A stretch of 64,000 nt of DNA, from the NCBI GenBank assembly GCA_049472335.1, contig JBLIRO010000012.1:1-64000 (forward strand). The letters are read 5' to 3'. The stretch's first letter is position 1. Every line of letters starts with the position of its first letter. The notes beneath the pieces are model-generated. The model had not been told where the DNA came from. It ran no database searches and worked only from the letters and a program-made list of their open reading frames with translations. Of this stretch, positions 29,761 through 40,001 are shown one piece after another. A program made the translations under genes and the position numbers. Source of the DNA: a bacterium (GTDB taxonomy: Bacteria; SZUA-182; DTGQ01; JAFGSM01).

Positions 29761-31461
29761 TCATAAATTTAGTGAAATATAAATTCTAAAGAGAGTCCCC
29801 TGGCCGGGTTCACTTTCTGCTTCAATTTTTCCCCCATGCTCCTCGATTATACGGTATGCGGTGCAAAGGCCCAATCCGGTACCCTTTTCCTTTGTTGTAT
29901 AAAAAGGGTGGAATATCCTGGTAATATGTTCTTTGGATATCCCAACCCCGGTATCCTGGAATTCAATTATTTTATAAGATTTTTCATTAATCTTTTTGGT
30001 CTTGCCTTTGACCGTAAGGATTCCTCCATCGGGCATGGCCTGGCAAGCATTAATAGCCAGGTTCCAGAAAACCTGTTTCATTTGATCAATATCTAAATTG
30101 ATATCTGTATTTTCGGGCTCGAGATCTATATATACTGCTATATCTTTTTTAAACATTTCGCCATTCTTTAAAATGGTCATTGTGTCATGAATAAGGCCGT
30201 TTATATTGCAGTTTTCCAATTGAGGCGGTCTGGGTTTCGCGTAAGTCAGGAAATCATTTATAATATTATTTAGATGCGTGGACTCATCGATAACAATATT
30301 CATCAGGGCCTTTTGCTCAGAATCCAGTGTCAAACCTTCGGCAAGAAGCTGGATGGATCCTTTGATGGAGGCCATGGGATTGCGAAGCTCATGTGCGATT
30401 CCCGCGCTCATGCCTCCTATTGTAGCTAATATGTCAGCCTGCTTAAGCTGGTCTTCCATCCTTTTGAATTCAGTCAGATCCTGAAAACTGGTTATAGTCC
30501 CTTTGGTTTTGCCTTGCGAATCCTGAATTGTTGAGAGATTAAGGCCGATAAAGCAGGGGCCCCGGGACCCGCAATTTATGAATTCGTTACATGTAAGTGT
30601 TTGTTCTGCATCATTTTCGATAAATTTGACGGTCTCTTGGAAATCGATGGGTAAAAAGAGATCATGCCAAAACAGTGATTTCCTATTAAGGCCTTGGATC
30701 GATAGGATTTCCATGGCTGCCTTGTTTGCCAGTGTAACTCTTCCATTAATATCCGTCACGACCAGACCGGAACGAATATTTTTAAGTATGTCTTCATTAA
30801 ACGCCTTTAATTCCATCAGGTCCTCATGGCTGGCACTGAGCTCCTGATCCTTCTTTTTGGTTGATTCTGCAAGATATCCGCATAAAAATGCTGTAATATA
30901 GAAAGCGCATATATTCACAGACATAGCATAAAACACATAACTGCTGTTTAAGTGGCTTGCAGTATATACATAATTGGAAGGAAAGGAAAATAAACCGTAA
31001 TATTGAAAATCCAACATCAGGCCATAGAGGATGCTGCTCATCGAGGCTATTACAAAGCTCCCCTTGCGAAACAGAACAATGCTTGCAGTGATGATAGTGA
31101 TAATGAACATAAAAGAAAAAGTGCTCTCAATTCCTCCTGTAAAGTATATAAGACAGGTTTCGATTATTACATCAGCCACAAGCTGGATATACGCGAGAAC
31201 TATCATGTTGTTGTTTAAATAATAATATAATACAGCATACAGAATGGTAAGGAGGTAAGTTACGGTGATTAGCACATAAAATGGATTAAAGCCGGATCCG
31301 GCGCTTCTGATCTGAACAACACTTACGGAACCAAGGAGGATTGTGAGAATAATCACCCTGAGAATCATTAACCACCTTATTTTGCGCTTATAATAATCAT
31401 CGTTAAAGGTGGCAGGTTGATTAGATTTTTGGCTGTCCATCTTTTTTAGATTATGATTCAC
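29761..31461 (-). CDS. pilS: Sensor histidine kinase PilS
   Basis: Multi-TM N-terminus, PAS, AHELRNP, N-box, DTGVG, GTGLGL. Confidence 0.88.
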   Translation of the reverse strand: MNHNLKKMDSQKSNQPATFNDDYYKRKIRWLMILRVIILTILLGSVSVVQIRSAGSGFNPFYVLITVTYLLTILYAVLYYYLNNNMIVLAYIQLVADVIIETCLIYFTGGIESTFSFMFIITIITASIVLFRKGSFVIASMSSILYGLMLDFQYYGLFSFPSNYVYTASHLNSSYVFYAMSVNICAFYITAFLCGYLAESTKKKDQELSASHEDLMELKAFNEDILKNIRSGLVVTDINGRVTLANKAAMEILSIQGLNRKSLFWHDLFLPIDFQETVKFIENDAEQTLTCNEFINCGSRGPCFIGLNLSTIQDSQGKTKGTITSFQDLTEFKRMEDQLKQADILATIGGMSAGIAHELRNPMASIKGSIQLLAEGLTLDSEQKALMNIVIDESTHLNNIINDFLTYAKPRPPQLENCNINGLIHDTMTILKNGEMFKKDIAVYIDLEPENTDINLDIDQMKQVFWNLAINACQAMPDGGILTVKGKTKKINEKSYKIIEFQDTGVGISKEHITRIFHPFYTTKEKGTGLGLCTAYRIIEEHGGKIEAESEPGQGTLFRIYISLNL

Positions 31462-31495
31462 AATCCTTCATCTGCGATCTGTAAAGGTAATATTT

Positions 31496-32707
31496 TCAGC
31501 CAATGAGGTTCGCTAATCCGAAAATTGGCATATACATAGCAATAATTATAAATCCGACCGAACCTCCCAGAAAAACCATCAAAAGGGGCTCGAGCATAGA
31601 GGTTAATGCTTCTACGGCAGTGTTCACCTCTTCATCATAGAAATCAGCTATCTTCCCTAGCATTGAGTCCAATGCCCCTGTGCTTTCACCGATAGAGATC
31701 ATCTGAACAACCATTGGAGGAAAAACGCCGGTTTCACCTAGTGGTTCTGCTATGGTCTTGCCTTCGCTTATGGATATTCGACTCTGCTGGACCGCATGTT
31801 CGATGACCTTGTTGCCGGATGTTTTAGCGGTAATATCCATACCATCTAAAAGGGGTACGCCGCTGCTGACCAAAGTCCCCAGGGTTCGGGTGAATTTTGC
31901 AATGGCTACCTTTCGTAGAAGATTACCAAAGACAGGTGTCCGGAGCATGAATCTGTCGATATGGAGTTTTCCCTTTTCCGTATTTCTTATTTTTTTTAAG
32001 GCAATGAAAAGTGCGATAATCCCTAATAGTATGATCCCGCCACCCCATCCGCCGAGAAAATTGCTCATTGCGATAACTATTCGGGTGGGTAATGGCAAGG
32101 TGCCTCCAAAGCTGGTAAATAGCTCCGCAAATTGGGGGATGACAAAAATTAACAGACCGGCTACGACTATAACAGCCACAACCAGAATAACAATCGGGTA
32201 GGTCATGGCAGACTTGACCTTTCTTTTAAGAGACAAGGCCCTTTCCATATATCCTGCTAATCTGTTTAGGATAGTGTCCAATATACCTCCCGCCTCCCCT
32301 GCTTCCACCATATTGACATAAAGAGCATCGAATACCTTGGGATATTTACGAAGGGCGTCTGCAAAGGTGCTTCCTCCTTCTACGGTCATTTTGATTTCTT
32401 TTATGGAGTTTGCCAATTCGCGGTTTTCGGTCTGTTGGGCCAGTATTTCAAGGCTCTGCACAAGAGGAAGGCCCGCGTCGATCATGGTTGAAAATTGACG
32501 GGTAAAAACGATCTTGTCCTTTTCTTTTATCTTGGGTCCGAATCCCGGGATATTGATTTTGATCTCTGTAGGCTTTTTTTTGATTTGAGTGGGTATGATA
32601 GCCTGACGCCTCAATTCGGCCATCACCAGTTCCTTGCTGTCTCCGGTTATCTCACCTTCAACCTCTTTACCCTGAAGGGTCCTTCCTTTGTATTTGAATT
32701 CCGACAT
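31496..32707 (-). CDS. pilC: Type IV pilus platform protein PilC
   Basis: FTRQFSTMIDAGLPL, GEAGGILD, GESTGALD, LEPLL. Confidence 0.95.
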   Translation of the reverse strand: MSEFKYKGRTLQGKEVEGEITGDSKELVMAELRRQAIIPTQIKKKPTEIKINIPGFGPKIKEKDKIVFTRQFSTMIDAGLPLVQSLEILAQQTENRELANSIKEIKMTVEGGSTFADALRKYPKVFDALYVNMVEAGEAGGILDTILNRLAGYMERALSLKRKVKSAMTYPIVILVVAVIVVAGLLIFVIPQFAELFTSFGGTLPLPTRIVIAMSNFLGGWGGGIILLGIIALFIALKKIRNTEKGKLHIDRFMLRTPVFGNLLRKVAIAKFTRTLGTLVSSGVPLLDGMDITAKTSGNKVIEHAVQQSRISISEGKTIAEPLGETGVFPPMVVQMISIGESTGALDSMLGKIADFYDEEVNTAVEALTSMLEPLLMVFLGGSVGFIIIAMYMPIFGLANLIG

Positions 32708-32723
32708 ATCTGATACCTCTCCC

Positions 32724-33818
32724 TTATATTATTCTGACATTATTGTTTTGAATCATATTTACCAGTTCTTCCGTATCGGTTGAACGGCTTATGGCATTCT
32801 CCTTTGAGATGACACGTTTTGTATAAAGATTGAAAAGCGACTGATTCATCGTCTGCATACCATGTTTAGCCTGACCTGCCAGCATAATACTGTAAATTTG
32901 ATGGATCTGGTTATCCCTGATCTGATTCCGCACGGCTGGATTCGGAATTAGAATTTCCAGAGCAAGGGTCCTTCCATCCTCGAGTTGTTTTGGTATTAAT
33001 TGCTGAGCAAGTATTCCCTCAAGCACGAAAGATAATTGCAGCCGGATCTGATTTTGCTGATGCGGCGAAAAAACATCTATGATTCTGTTAATGGATTGTA
33101 TGCAGGAATTAGTATGAAGCGTAGCGAGTGTAAGATGCCCTGTCTCGGATATGGTCAATGCAGCCTCTATTGTTTCAATATCCCTCATTTCTCCAATGAG
33201 CACCACGTCAGGGTCTTCTCTGAGTGCCGAGCGGAGGGCCTTTTTGAATGAATACGTATCTGCGTGTAGCTCCCGTTGATTCACAATGGATTTTTTATGG
33301 CTATGTATATATTCGATAGGGTCCTCGATTGTAATTATATGTTTATCTTGATGGTTGTTTATCCAGTCTATCATTGCTGCCAGTGTTGTCGATTTTCCGC
33401 TTCCGGTGGGACCGGTAACCAGGATAAGTCCTCTGGGTTTTTCGCATAAAGCAGTAATAATGGAGGGTAATCCGAGTTCTTCAAATGAAGGGATATAAAA
33501 TGGAATGCTTCTGATAGCCATGCTTAGAGCACCCCTTTGAAAAAAGATATTGGCCCTGAATCTGCTTAGCTCATTAATGCCAAAAGAGATATCCAGCTCT
33601 AGCTCGGATTCGAGCTTTTTCCTTTGATCTTCATTTAAGATCTTGAAAACCATATCTTTTATGTCTTCCTCTGTAAGGGCGGCATAGGAAGATGATACGA
33701 TTTTACCATCCACTCTCATCCGGGGAGGAATGCCGGTGGAGAGGTGAAGATCGGATGCACGTTTATGTAACATCTCATGAAGTAACTGAGTAAGATCTAT
33801 CATCTTAAATAAATCCAT
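32724..33818 (-). CDS. pilT: Type IV pilus retraction ATPase
   Basis: ASDLHL, GPTGSGKSTT, EDPIE, LREDPD, TLHTN, AVRNQIR. Confidence 0.93.
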   Translation of the reverse strand: MDLFKMIDLTQLLHEMLHKRASDLHLSTGIPPRMRVDGKIVSSSYAALTEEDIKDMVFKILNEDQRKKLESELELDISFGINELSRFRANIFFQRGALSMAIRSIPFYIPSFEELGLPSIITALCEKPRGLILVTGPTGSGKSTTLAAMIDWINNHQDKHIITIEDPIEYIHSHKKSIVNQRELHADTYSFKKALRSALREDPDVVLIGEMRDIETIEAALTISETGHLTLATLHTNSCIQSINRIIDVFSPHQQNQIRLQLSFVLEGILAQQLIPKQLEDGRTLALEILIPNPAVRNQIRDNQIHQIYSIMLAGQAKHGMQTMNQSLFNLYTKRVISKENAISRSTDTEELVNMIQNNNVRII

Positions 33819-33838
33819 TATTTGTTTGATTAATCATG

Positions 33839-35638
33839 TTATACGCTCACACTAAATACTTCCTCCAGGGTGGTCAAACCCTCTTTAATCTTTTGTAAAC
33901 CACTTTCCCTTAAGGTTTTCATACCTTCCTCCCTGGCAAGAGCCCTTAGTTGCTCAGTGGAACCACCCCGTACAATCATCTCTTTAACAGGGTCTGTTAT
34001 AAGCATCACTTCATAAAGGGCCAATCTCCCTTTATATCCCGTATTAGAACATTTAGGGCATCCCTTCCCTTTATAGATTTCCGGGCCGGCTTTTAAATCT
34101 TGATCCGAGAAACCTATTCGTTTAAGGAGTTCAACGGGAACAGATGTTTTTTCCCTGCAATTGGAACAAATCCTTCTAACAAGCCTCTGAGAAAGAACCA
34201 GAACAACAGCAGAGCTGACCAGAAAGGACTCCACTCCCATATTTAATAATCGGACTATTGTGCTTGGTGCATCATTGGTGTGGAGTGTGGATAACATCAA
34301 GTGACCTGTTAAGGCTGCCTTAACCCCTATTTCTGCCGTTTCCAGGTCCCTTATCTCTCCGACCATGATTACATCAGGGTCCTGACGCAGGAAGGACCGA
34401 AGCGCTGAAGCAAAAGTCAGCCCTATATTTTCATGGACTTGGACCTGATTTATACCTTGCAGGTTAAATTCTACAGGATCCTCTGCTGTCATGATGTTTG
34501 TACCCTCTTTATTCAACTGGTGAAGGGCGGAGTAAAGGGTTGTGGTTTTACCGCTGCCTGTAGGCCCTGTAACAAGTATCATACCATAGGGGCTCTGTAT
34601 GGCATTCTGAAATTTTTCCAGAGATTCCGGTTCAAAACCCAATTTCGTCATATCAAGCTGGAGGTTGGATTTGTCCAGGAGTCTTAAAACGACCTTTTCA
34701 CCGTAAAGGGTCGGTAATACAGAGACACGGAAATCCATTTCTGAATTTTTCCCAAGTTTCAATTTTATCCTGCCGTCTTGAGGTAATCTCTTTTCGGCTA
34801 TGTCCAGTTTTGCCATAATCTTGATTCTGGATACCACAGCATTTTTTATTTTTGGGGGTAATCCCATGATCTTTTTCAGGACCCCATCCAGCCGGAAGCG
34901 AACCCTGAACGACTTTTCATAGGGTTCTATATGAATATCGCTGGCCTTTGAGTTTACAGCATTCAGCAAAATTCCGTTTACAAGTTTGACAATTGGGGCA
35001 TCTGCCTCTGTCAGGGTTTCCTGCTGGATATCTGTTTCAACGACCTCAACATTTTCGAGCGCGCCTTTGACAATCTTGTCAAAATCCATGAGGATGGTTA
35101 GATCCTCTTTGGATTCCTCTTGTATTATTGTTTTAGAAGAGATTCCCTTTTTCGTTTGCCCCTGCTCTTCTTCCTCTTCCTCATAGTTAAATACGTCCAA
35201 ATCCGGAGACACTGATTTTTTATAATATTGATTGTATGCCTGGAGAAAAAGGGACTCAGTGGTCAATACGGTTTCAATATTAAAACCGGTTGAAAAACTA
35301 ATATCCTCGATTGCAATATAATCCGTCGGATCCACGAAGGCTACCGTTAAGGTGTCTCCCAATTGATTTAATGGTATACAGGAATACTTCTTAACCAATG
35401 CGGTAGGGATGAGCCCGAGTATGTCATTGTCTATATTAAAATTTCTCAGATCAACACATGGAACACCAAGCTGCTTACTCAAATGGTAAAGGGCGTCTTC
35501 TTCTTTCAGAAATCCAAGCTTTATCAGATTATGAGCCACGCGGCCGCCGGATTTTTTTTGTTCTTCCAGGGCCTTGTTCAGTTGTTCCTGGGTAATGACA
35601 TTTGCCTGAATAAGGATTTCTCCCAAACGAGCTTTCAT
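33839..35638 (-). CDS. pilB: Type IV pilus assembly ATPase with MshEN-like N-terminus
   Basis: RLGEIL..., ASDIHIEP, GPTGSGKTTT, LRQDPD, tetracysteine motif. Confidence 0.95.
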   Translation of the reverse strand: MKARLGEILIQANVITQEQLNKALEEQKKSGGRVAHNLIKLGFLKEEDALYHLSKQLGVPCVDLRNFNIDNDILGLIPTALVKKYSCIPLNQLGDTLTVAFVDPTDYIAIEDISFSTGFNIETVLTTESLFLQAYNQYYKKSVSPDLDVFNYEEEEEEQGQTKKGISSKTIIQEESKEDLTILMDFDKIVKGALENVEVVETDIQQETLTEADAPIVKLVNGILLNAVNSKASDIHIEPYEKSFRVRFRLDGVLKKIMGLPPKIKNAVVSRIKIMAKLDIAEKRLPQDGRIKLKLGKNSEMDFRVSVLPTLYGEKVVLRLLDKSNLQLDMTKLGFEPESLEKFQNAIQSPYGMILVTGPTGSGKTTTLYSALHQLNKEGTNIMTAEDPVEFNLQGINQVQVHENIGLTFASALRSFLRQDPDVIMVGEIRDLETAEIGVKAALTGHLMLSTLHTNDAPSTIVRLLNMGVESFLVSSAVVLVLSQRLVRRICSNCREKTSVPVELLKRIGFSDQDLKAGPEIYKGKGCPKCSNTGYKGRLALYEVMLITDPVKEMIVRGGSTEQLRALAREEGMKTLRESGLQKIKEGLTTLEEVFSVSV

Positions 35639-35774
35639 ATTTTTGCCTTTTTGATAACTTTAATAAGTTTCTAAATATTTAATCCCAAACAAATAAGGGC
35701 TCACCTTTATTGTTTTATTGTCAAGTAAACGAAGGCCTGCTTCTTAATCGGAAAAATTTGATCACCAAATCGAA

Positions 35775-36506
35775 TCAGAGACTTAGAAATTCACAGATAT
35801 CCTCGACAGGAACAGGATGGTCAAGGGTAAAACCCTCACCAAATCGGCAATTTATAAGGGATCCGAAATACCTTGCCTGTGACTCGATATGAAAAATAAA
35901 ATCTTTATACTCGAATGGAAATGGGGAGGTCATGGATAGTATCTCATGGAATCGTGAGTGATATACCTTTACTGCTTCTAATTTCCCTTCAAAGGTAGAG
36001 GTAATATTAACGATCGCTTGTGGAATGGCGGGTTTCGTCAAAGGATAGTATAATACTCGTGAAGATTTATGGGACTTGCATATCTTGTCCGTTTTATCAG
36101 ACATCATAATATGAATAGCCTTATGAATTAATTGATTGACCAGGTATTGGCCTGGATTTCGATCCTGCCAATAGGGTGCCAGAATTATATCAGGCCTGTA
36201 TAATCGAAGAGGATCAGCAAGTATTTGAGCCTGTCCTATGTCCAGGTCAAATAAGGAATTACCTAAATCAAGATTTACACGATCTGACACGTGTAGTATC
36301 TTTGCCGCCTTATCTGCCTCTTCGGAGTTTTCCTTATTGTTTTGAACAGGATTTATCCTTCCATGAGTTAGATCACATATGACAGTGGTATAACCTCGGT
36401 GAGCCATCTTGAGGAGTATGCCGCCTACACCAATCTCAACGTCCATAGGATTTGCTCCAATGGCCAGGATATCTACATGTTGATCTATGGATAGCTTTGT
36501 GTCCAT
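35775..36506 (-). CDS. BshB1/PIG-L deacetylase-like protein with degenerate metal-binding motifs
   Basis: DILAIGANPMDVEIGVGG, RPDIILAPYWQDRNPGQ, ARYFGSLI..FGEGF. Confidence 0.75.
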   Translation of the reverse strand: MDTKLSIDQHVDILAIGANPMDVEIGVGGILLKMAHRGYTTVICDLTHGRINPVQNNKENSEEADKAAKILHVSDRVNLDLGNSLFDLDIGQAQILADPLRLYRPDIILAPYWQDRNPGQYLVNQLIHKAIHIMMSDKTDKICKSHKSSRVLYYPLTKPAIPQAIVNITSTFEGKLEAVKVYHSRFHEILSMTSPFPFEYKDFIFHIESQARYFGSLINCRFGEGFTLDHPVPVEDICEFLSL

Positions 36507-37166
36507 CGATTCAAGTGCGTAAGGTTAAAGGTTATTATAAATACTCAAAGTTTCAAGTGCCTGATGCAATTCTTACCTCCAACATAAACATATGCATCCC
36601 CTTTTTTCTTTATTTTTTGATTTGCCTGTCAACTTGTTAGTAAGGCTTAATTAATAAATCTCTTTGGGCTATAGACCAGGGAGGGGGTTACTATTGAATT
36701 TTCAATACCTAATAGTATCAGATTCAGATGGATTGTCAAGTCGTAGCCGTAATAAAAAGGTTTTTTATTCGCCTTTTAATTAAGAATAAAGGCTATAACT
36801 CTGTTTAGTTGGTTTTAACATATTGTTTAATTATTTATTTTGATTTGTTTTGATTTATGTCATAACTTAAATAAATTCTATGGGCTAAACTGAAAAATTT
36901 TTTCATAAAGATAAAAAGTTGACTATGATTAATCTGAAACTTTTTATCTTTGCTTTTTTAAATGATTTCGGTTTAGCTTTTATTTTTTTCACAAATTAGG
37001 TGTTTAATTGTATCCATCGTGAGTTTAATAACAGCACCTAATAATTTTTTAATTATATTAATTAGGGAGGGGGATTGTTATGTGAACATACAGGGGGGTA
37101 ATAGGTATCATCGGTCCTTAAACAAAATTTTTCAGGCTTTAGAGTTAAAGCGAGGAGATAATTATT

Positions 37167-37790
37167 ATGTGTAACAATCGTAATTTATTCAATATCTTAT
37201 TTATCCTTTTGATTGCCGGTTTTTTGGTTTTCGGGATCCAGGGCCCCAGAGTTGAAGCTCAGACCACAACAACTACTACAACTCCCACATTTTCCTACTC
37301 GCCCTTTATGGGTATGATGGGTATGGGCGGAATGCTTCCCTGGCAATATTCAAATTTAGGCAGCCTGGACTTCTCCAATTTGGGGTATTTTCCCTTCATG
37401 GGCGGCATGATGGGCATGGGCAGATTCAATCCTTATCTGTATTCCAGCTTAGGTAGTGGACTGGATACAACCAGTTTAAGCTATCCCTTCATGGGCGGTA
37501 TGATGGGCGGATACGGACGACCTTATTGGTTTGCCGGAAGCGGATTGGATACAACCAGTTTAAGCTATCCCTTCATGGGCGGCATGATGGGTATGATGGG
37601 CATGGGCGGATTCGGACGTATGTATCCATGGCTATCTTCAACTTCAGGCACTTTTGATTTTTCCAGCTTAGGTTTAGGCTATCCTTACATGGGCGGTATG
37701 ATGGGCATGATGGGCATGGGTATGATGCCTTATCTTTACAACAGTCTTTTGGGAACAACAACCACTACTCCTACTCCAACTACAATTTAA
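37167..37790 (+). CDS. Putative secreted Met/Gly/Tyr-rich repeat protein
   Basis: Signal peptide ending VEA-Q; (Y)PFMGGMMG repeats; poly-Thr at both ends. Confidence 0.8.
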   Translation: MCNNRNLFNILFILLIAGFLVFGIQGPRVEAQTTTTTTTPTFSYSPFMGMMGMGGMLPWQYSNLGSLDFSNLGYFPFMGGMMGMGRFNPYLYSSLGSGLDTTSLSYPFMGGMMGGYGRPYWFAGSGLDTTSLSYPFMGGMMGMMGMGGFGRMYPWLSSTSGTFDFSSLGLGYPYMGGMMGMMGMGMMPYLYNSLLGTTTTTPTPTTI

Positions 37791-37836
37791 TTGAAAATTT
37801 ATAATATCAACCTGTTTTTCAGAAGCATTTGATTAA

Positions 37837-37901
37837 CTCCGTGTCCTCTGTATTCTCTGTGGAATAGAAATATTACCACAGAGGACATAGAGAGCACGGA
37901 G
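37837..37901. repeat. Imperfect inverted repeat between convergent genes (possible bidirectional terminator or REP-like element)
   Basis: ctccgtgtcctctgtattctctgtgg ... ccacagaggacatagagagcacggag. Confidence 0.6.
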
Positions 37902-37995
37902 TATTTTAAAACATTCTGCAAACCAGATGCTTCCATATATAAAAAGTCTGGATATTTTTTAGAGACCAAACTGGCCCATATCAGCGCTTGGGAGA

Positions 37996-38196
37996 TCACC
38001 CAAAACCAAATTTTGGTAAGCAGCGGGCTGGAGAGGTTTTCTTTTCAATGCCCTTTGTATTTGTTGTACTTATCTGGTTTGTTGTATTATTTGATTTACA
38101 TTTTGGACAGGGAATATTTTCTTTTTGTCCAATCCTAAAAAAGAATCTATCGAATTTGTACCCGCAATCTTTACATTCAAAAGAATATACTGGCAT
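37996..38196 (-). CDS. FmdB-family zinc-ribbon protein
   Basis: MPVYSFECKDCG..F...CPKCKS. Confidence 0.85.
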   Translation of the reverse strand: MPVYSFECKDCGYKFDRFFFRIGQKENIPCPKCKSNNTTNQISTTNTKGIEKKTSPARCLPKFGFG

Positions 38197-38613
38197 TTCA
38201 TTTTCTCCTCATTTTAATATATAGTTTAAATTTACATTTTGCTCATATAATATTTTTTTATATTAAAAAAAGCATAATAATATAATAATATGCTAAGATG
38301 CTTTTGTCAAATTCTTAATTAAATACCCAAACCACTTAAGGCCGGGAATAATTTATTCTCTGTTCATGATATAATTGTATTACTGTATACCTATAATTCT
38401 ATAAAAATTGATTTTTAACCAAGAAGCTTGAACTTATTTTAAAAATTTGATTATAATCCTTTTTTTTGTTATAAAAAAGAGAATAGAAGAAATACACTAA
38501 ATATTATTTGAAATAAAGTACTAACTATATTATAATAGTGATATAAATTTATATATGGTTTCAACTTATAACCTGTAAAACAAATCCTACAACATAATGA
38601 TAGGAGAAAAAAA

Positions 38614-39738
38614 ATGCATAAAGGCAAAAATCCTTTCCGTTTTGGTGAAACTGTTACCAATGATTATTTTGCAAATCGAAAGAAAGAAATAAACGATCTA
38701 ATTAATTTCATTAATAAGGGGGAAAATATATTTTTATTTTCCCACCGCCGGCTGGGTAAGACTTCTTTGGTGAAGAACACTTTGGAGATTATGCAAAAAG
38801 AGAAGCAGATTATATCTATATATGTAGATTTACAAAGGGCAACATCATGCGCTCAGTTCCTGGAAGTATACGCAATGGCGATTAGTGAGACTATGTTTGA
38901 ATTAAAAGAGAAACTGGAAAAGATCGCCAATTTTTTTAAACGAATTGTCCCAAGTTTTGAGATCGGGGGTGAGGGACAATGGAAAATCAGGTTTGATTTT
39001 TCAAAAACTTCTGAAAATATACATAATGCATTAGATGAAATCATTGATCTTCCTCAGTTGATGGCAAATGAATATAACCAGAAGGTTGTAGTAGTGCTCG
39101 ATGAATTTCAGGAAGTTGAAGGTCTTCATGGAGGTGGATTTGAAGATTTACTAAAACCTTTTATCTCCAAGCATAATAGAGTTAATTATCTTTTTATCGC
39201 CAGCAAGGTTCATATTGCTACCAAGATGTTCAATGATCCGAGCCGTGCCTTTTATAAAATGGCCAAACTATATCCTCTTCACCCTATTGATCCGGACTGT
39301 ATGACAGATTTTGTATGTAAAAGGTTTGAAGCAACCTCCAAAAAAATTCCAAAGCATTTGGCTGAGCAAATAGTTACTATTTCTCATAATATCCCATATC
39401 ATATACAAATGCTTGCATGTCATACCTGGCTAGTTACATCAAGAGAAGTGACTGAACAAACCCTTGTTAATGGAATAGAGCTCGTTATTTATCATCAGGG
39501 AGAGCTTTATTTTAGCTGGTATGATTCATCCAGTCATCATCAGCGTGCAGTTTTACGTGCATTGGCTAAAACAAAAGAGATGTTTTCACAAGATACAATC
39601 ATAAAATACAATCTCGGCTCCGCATCGAGTGTTCAAGCATCTTTGAAGGCTCTTATAAGGAATGGCCTCGTTCAAAAGGACAAAGATGGATATAAGATCA
39701 GTGATCCTTTTTTTGAAAGATGGCTTCAGAGAAACTAA
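38614..39738 (+). CDS. AAA/STAND-like ATPase (archaeal ATPase family) with C-terminal winged helix
   Basis: NPFRFG, RRLGKTSL, VVLDEFQ, DPFFERWL. Confidence 0.8.
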   Translation: MHKGKNPFRFGETVTNDYFANRKKEINDLINFINKGENIFLFSHRRLGKTSLVKNTLEIMQKEKQIISIYVDLQRATSCAQFLEVYAMAISETMFELKEKLEKIANFFKRIVPSFEIGGEGQWKIRFDFSKTSENIHNALDEIIDLPQLMANEYNQKVVVVLDEFQEVEGLHGGGFEDLLKPFISKHNRVNYLFIASKVHIATKMFNDPSRAFYKMAKLYPLHPIDPDCMTDFVCKRFEATSKKIPKHLAEQIVTISHNIPYHIQMLACHTWLVTSREVTEQTLVNGIELVIYHQGELYFSWYDSSSHHQRAVLRALAKTKEMFSQDTIIKYNLGSASSVQASLKALIRNGLVQKDKDGYKISDPFFERWLQRN

Positions 39739-40001
39739 AGGGTATTAATAAAAAAACGATCTAACCTTGGATATTTTTTTCTTAATAATGTAAGCACCTC
39801 ATGACGTTATATTTCTATACCCAAAGGCCTTTAAATTAATCCAATTCCTGTCAAAAACATAGATATTCCTTTGATATGAATCATTTTGTTGCTGTTTCTT
39901 TTAACTATAAGTTCCGATAATAAATATGAAAGGTTCTATTTTATTGTAACTTATATCATCTAGAAAGTTACTGAAAAGAAATTTTTCATTTTGGAGGTAA
40001 A

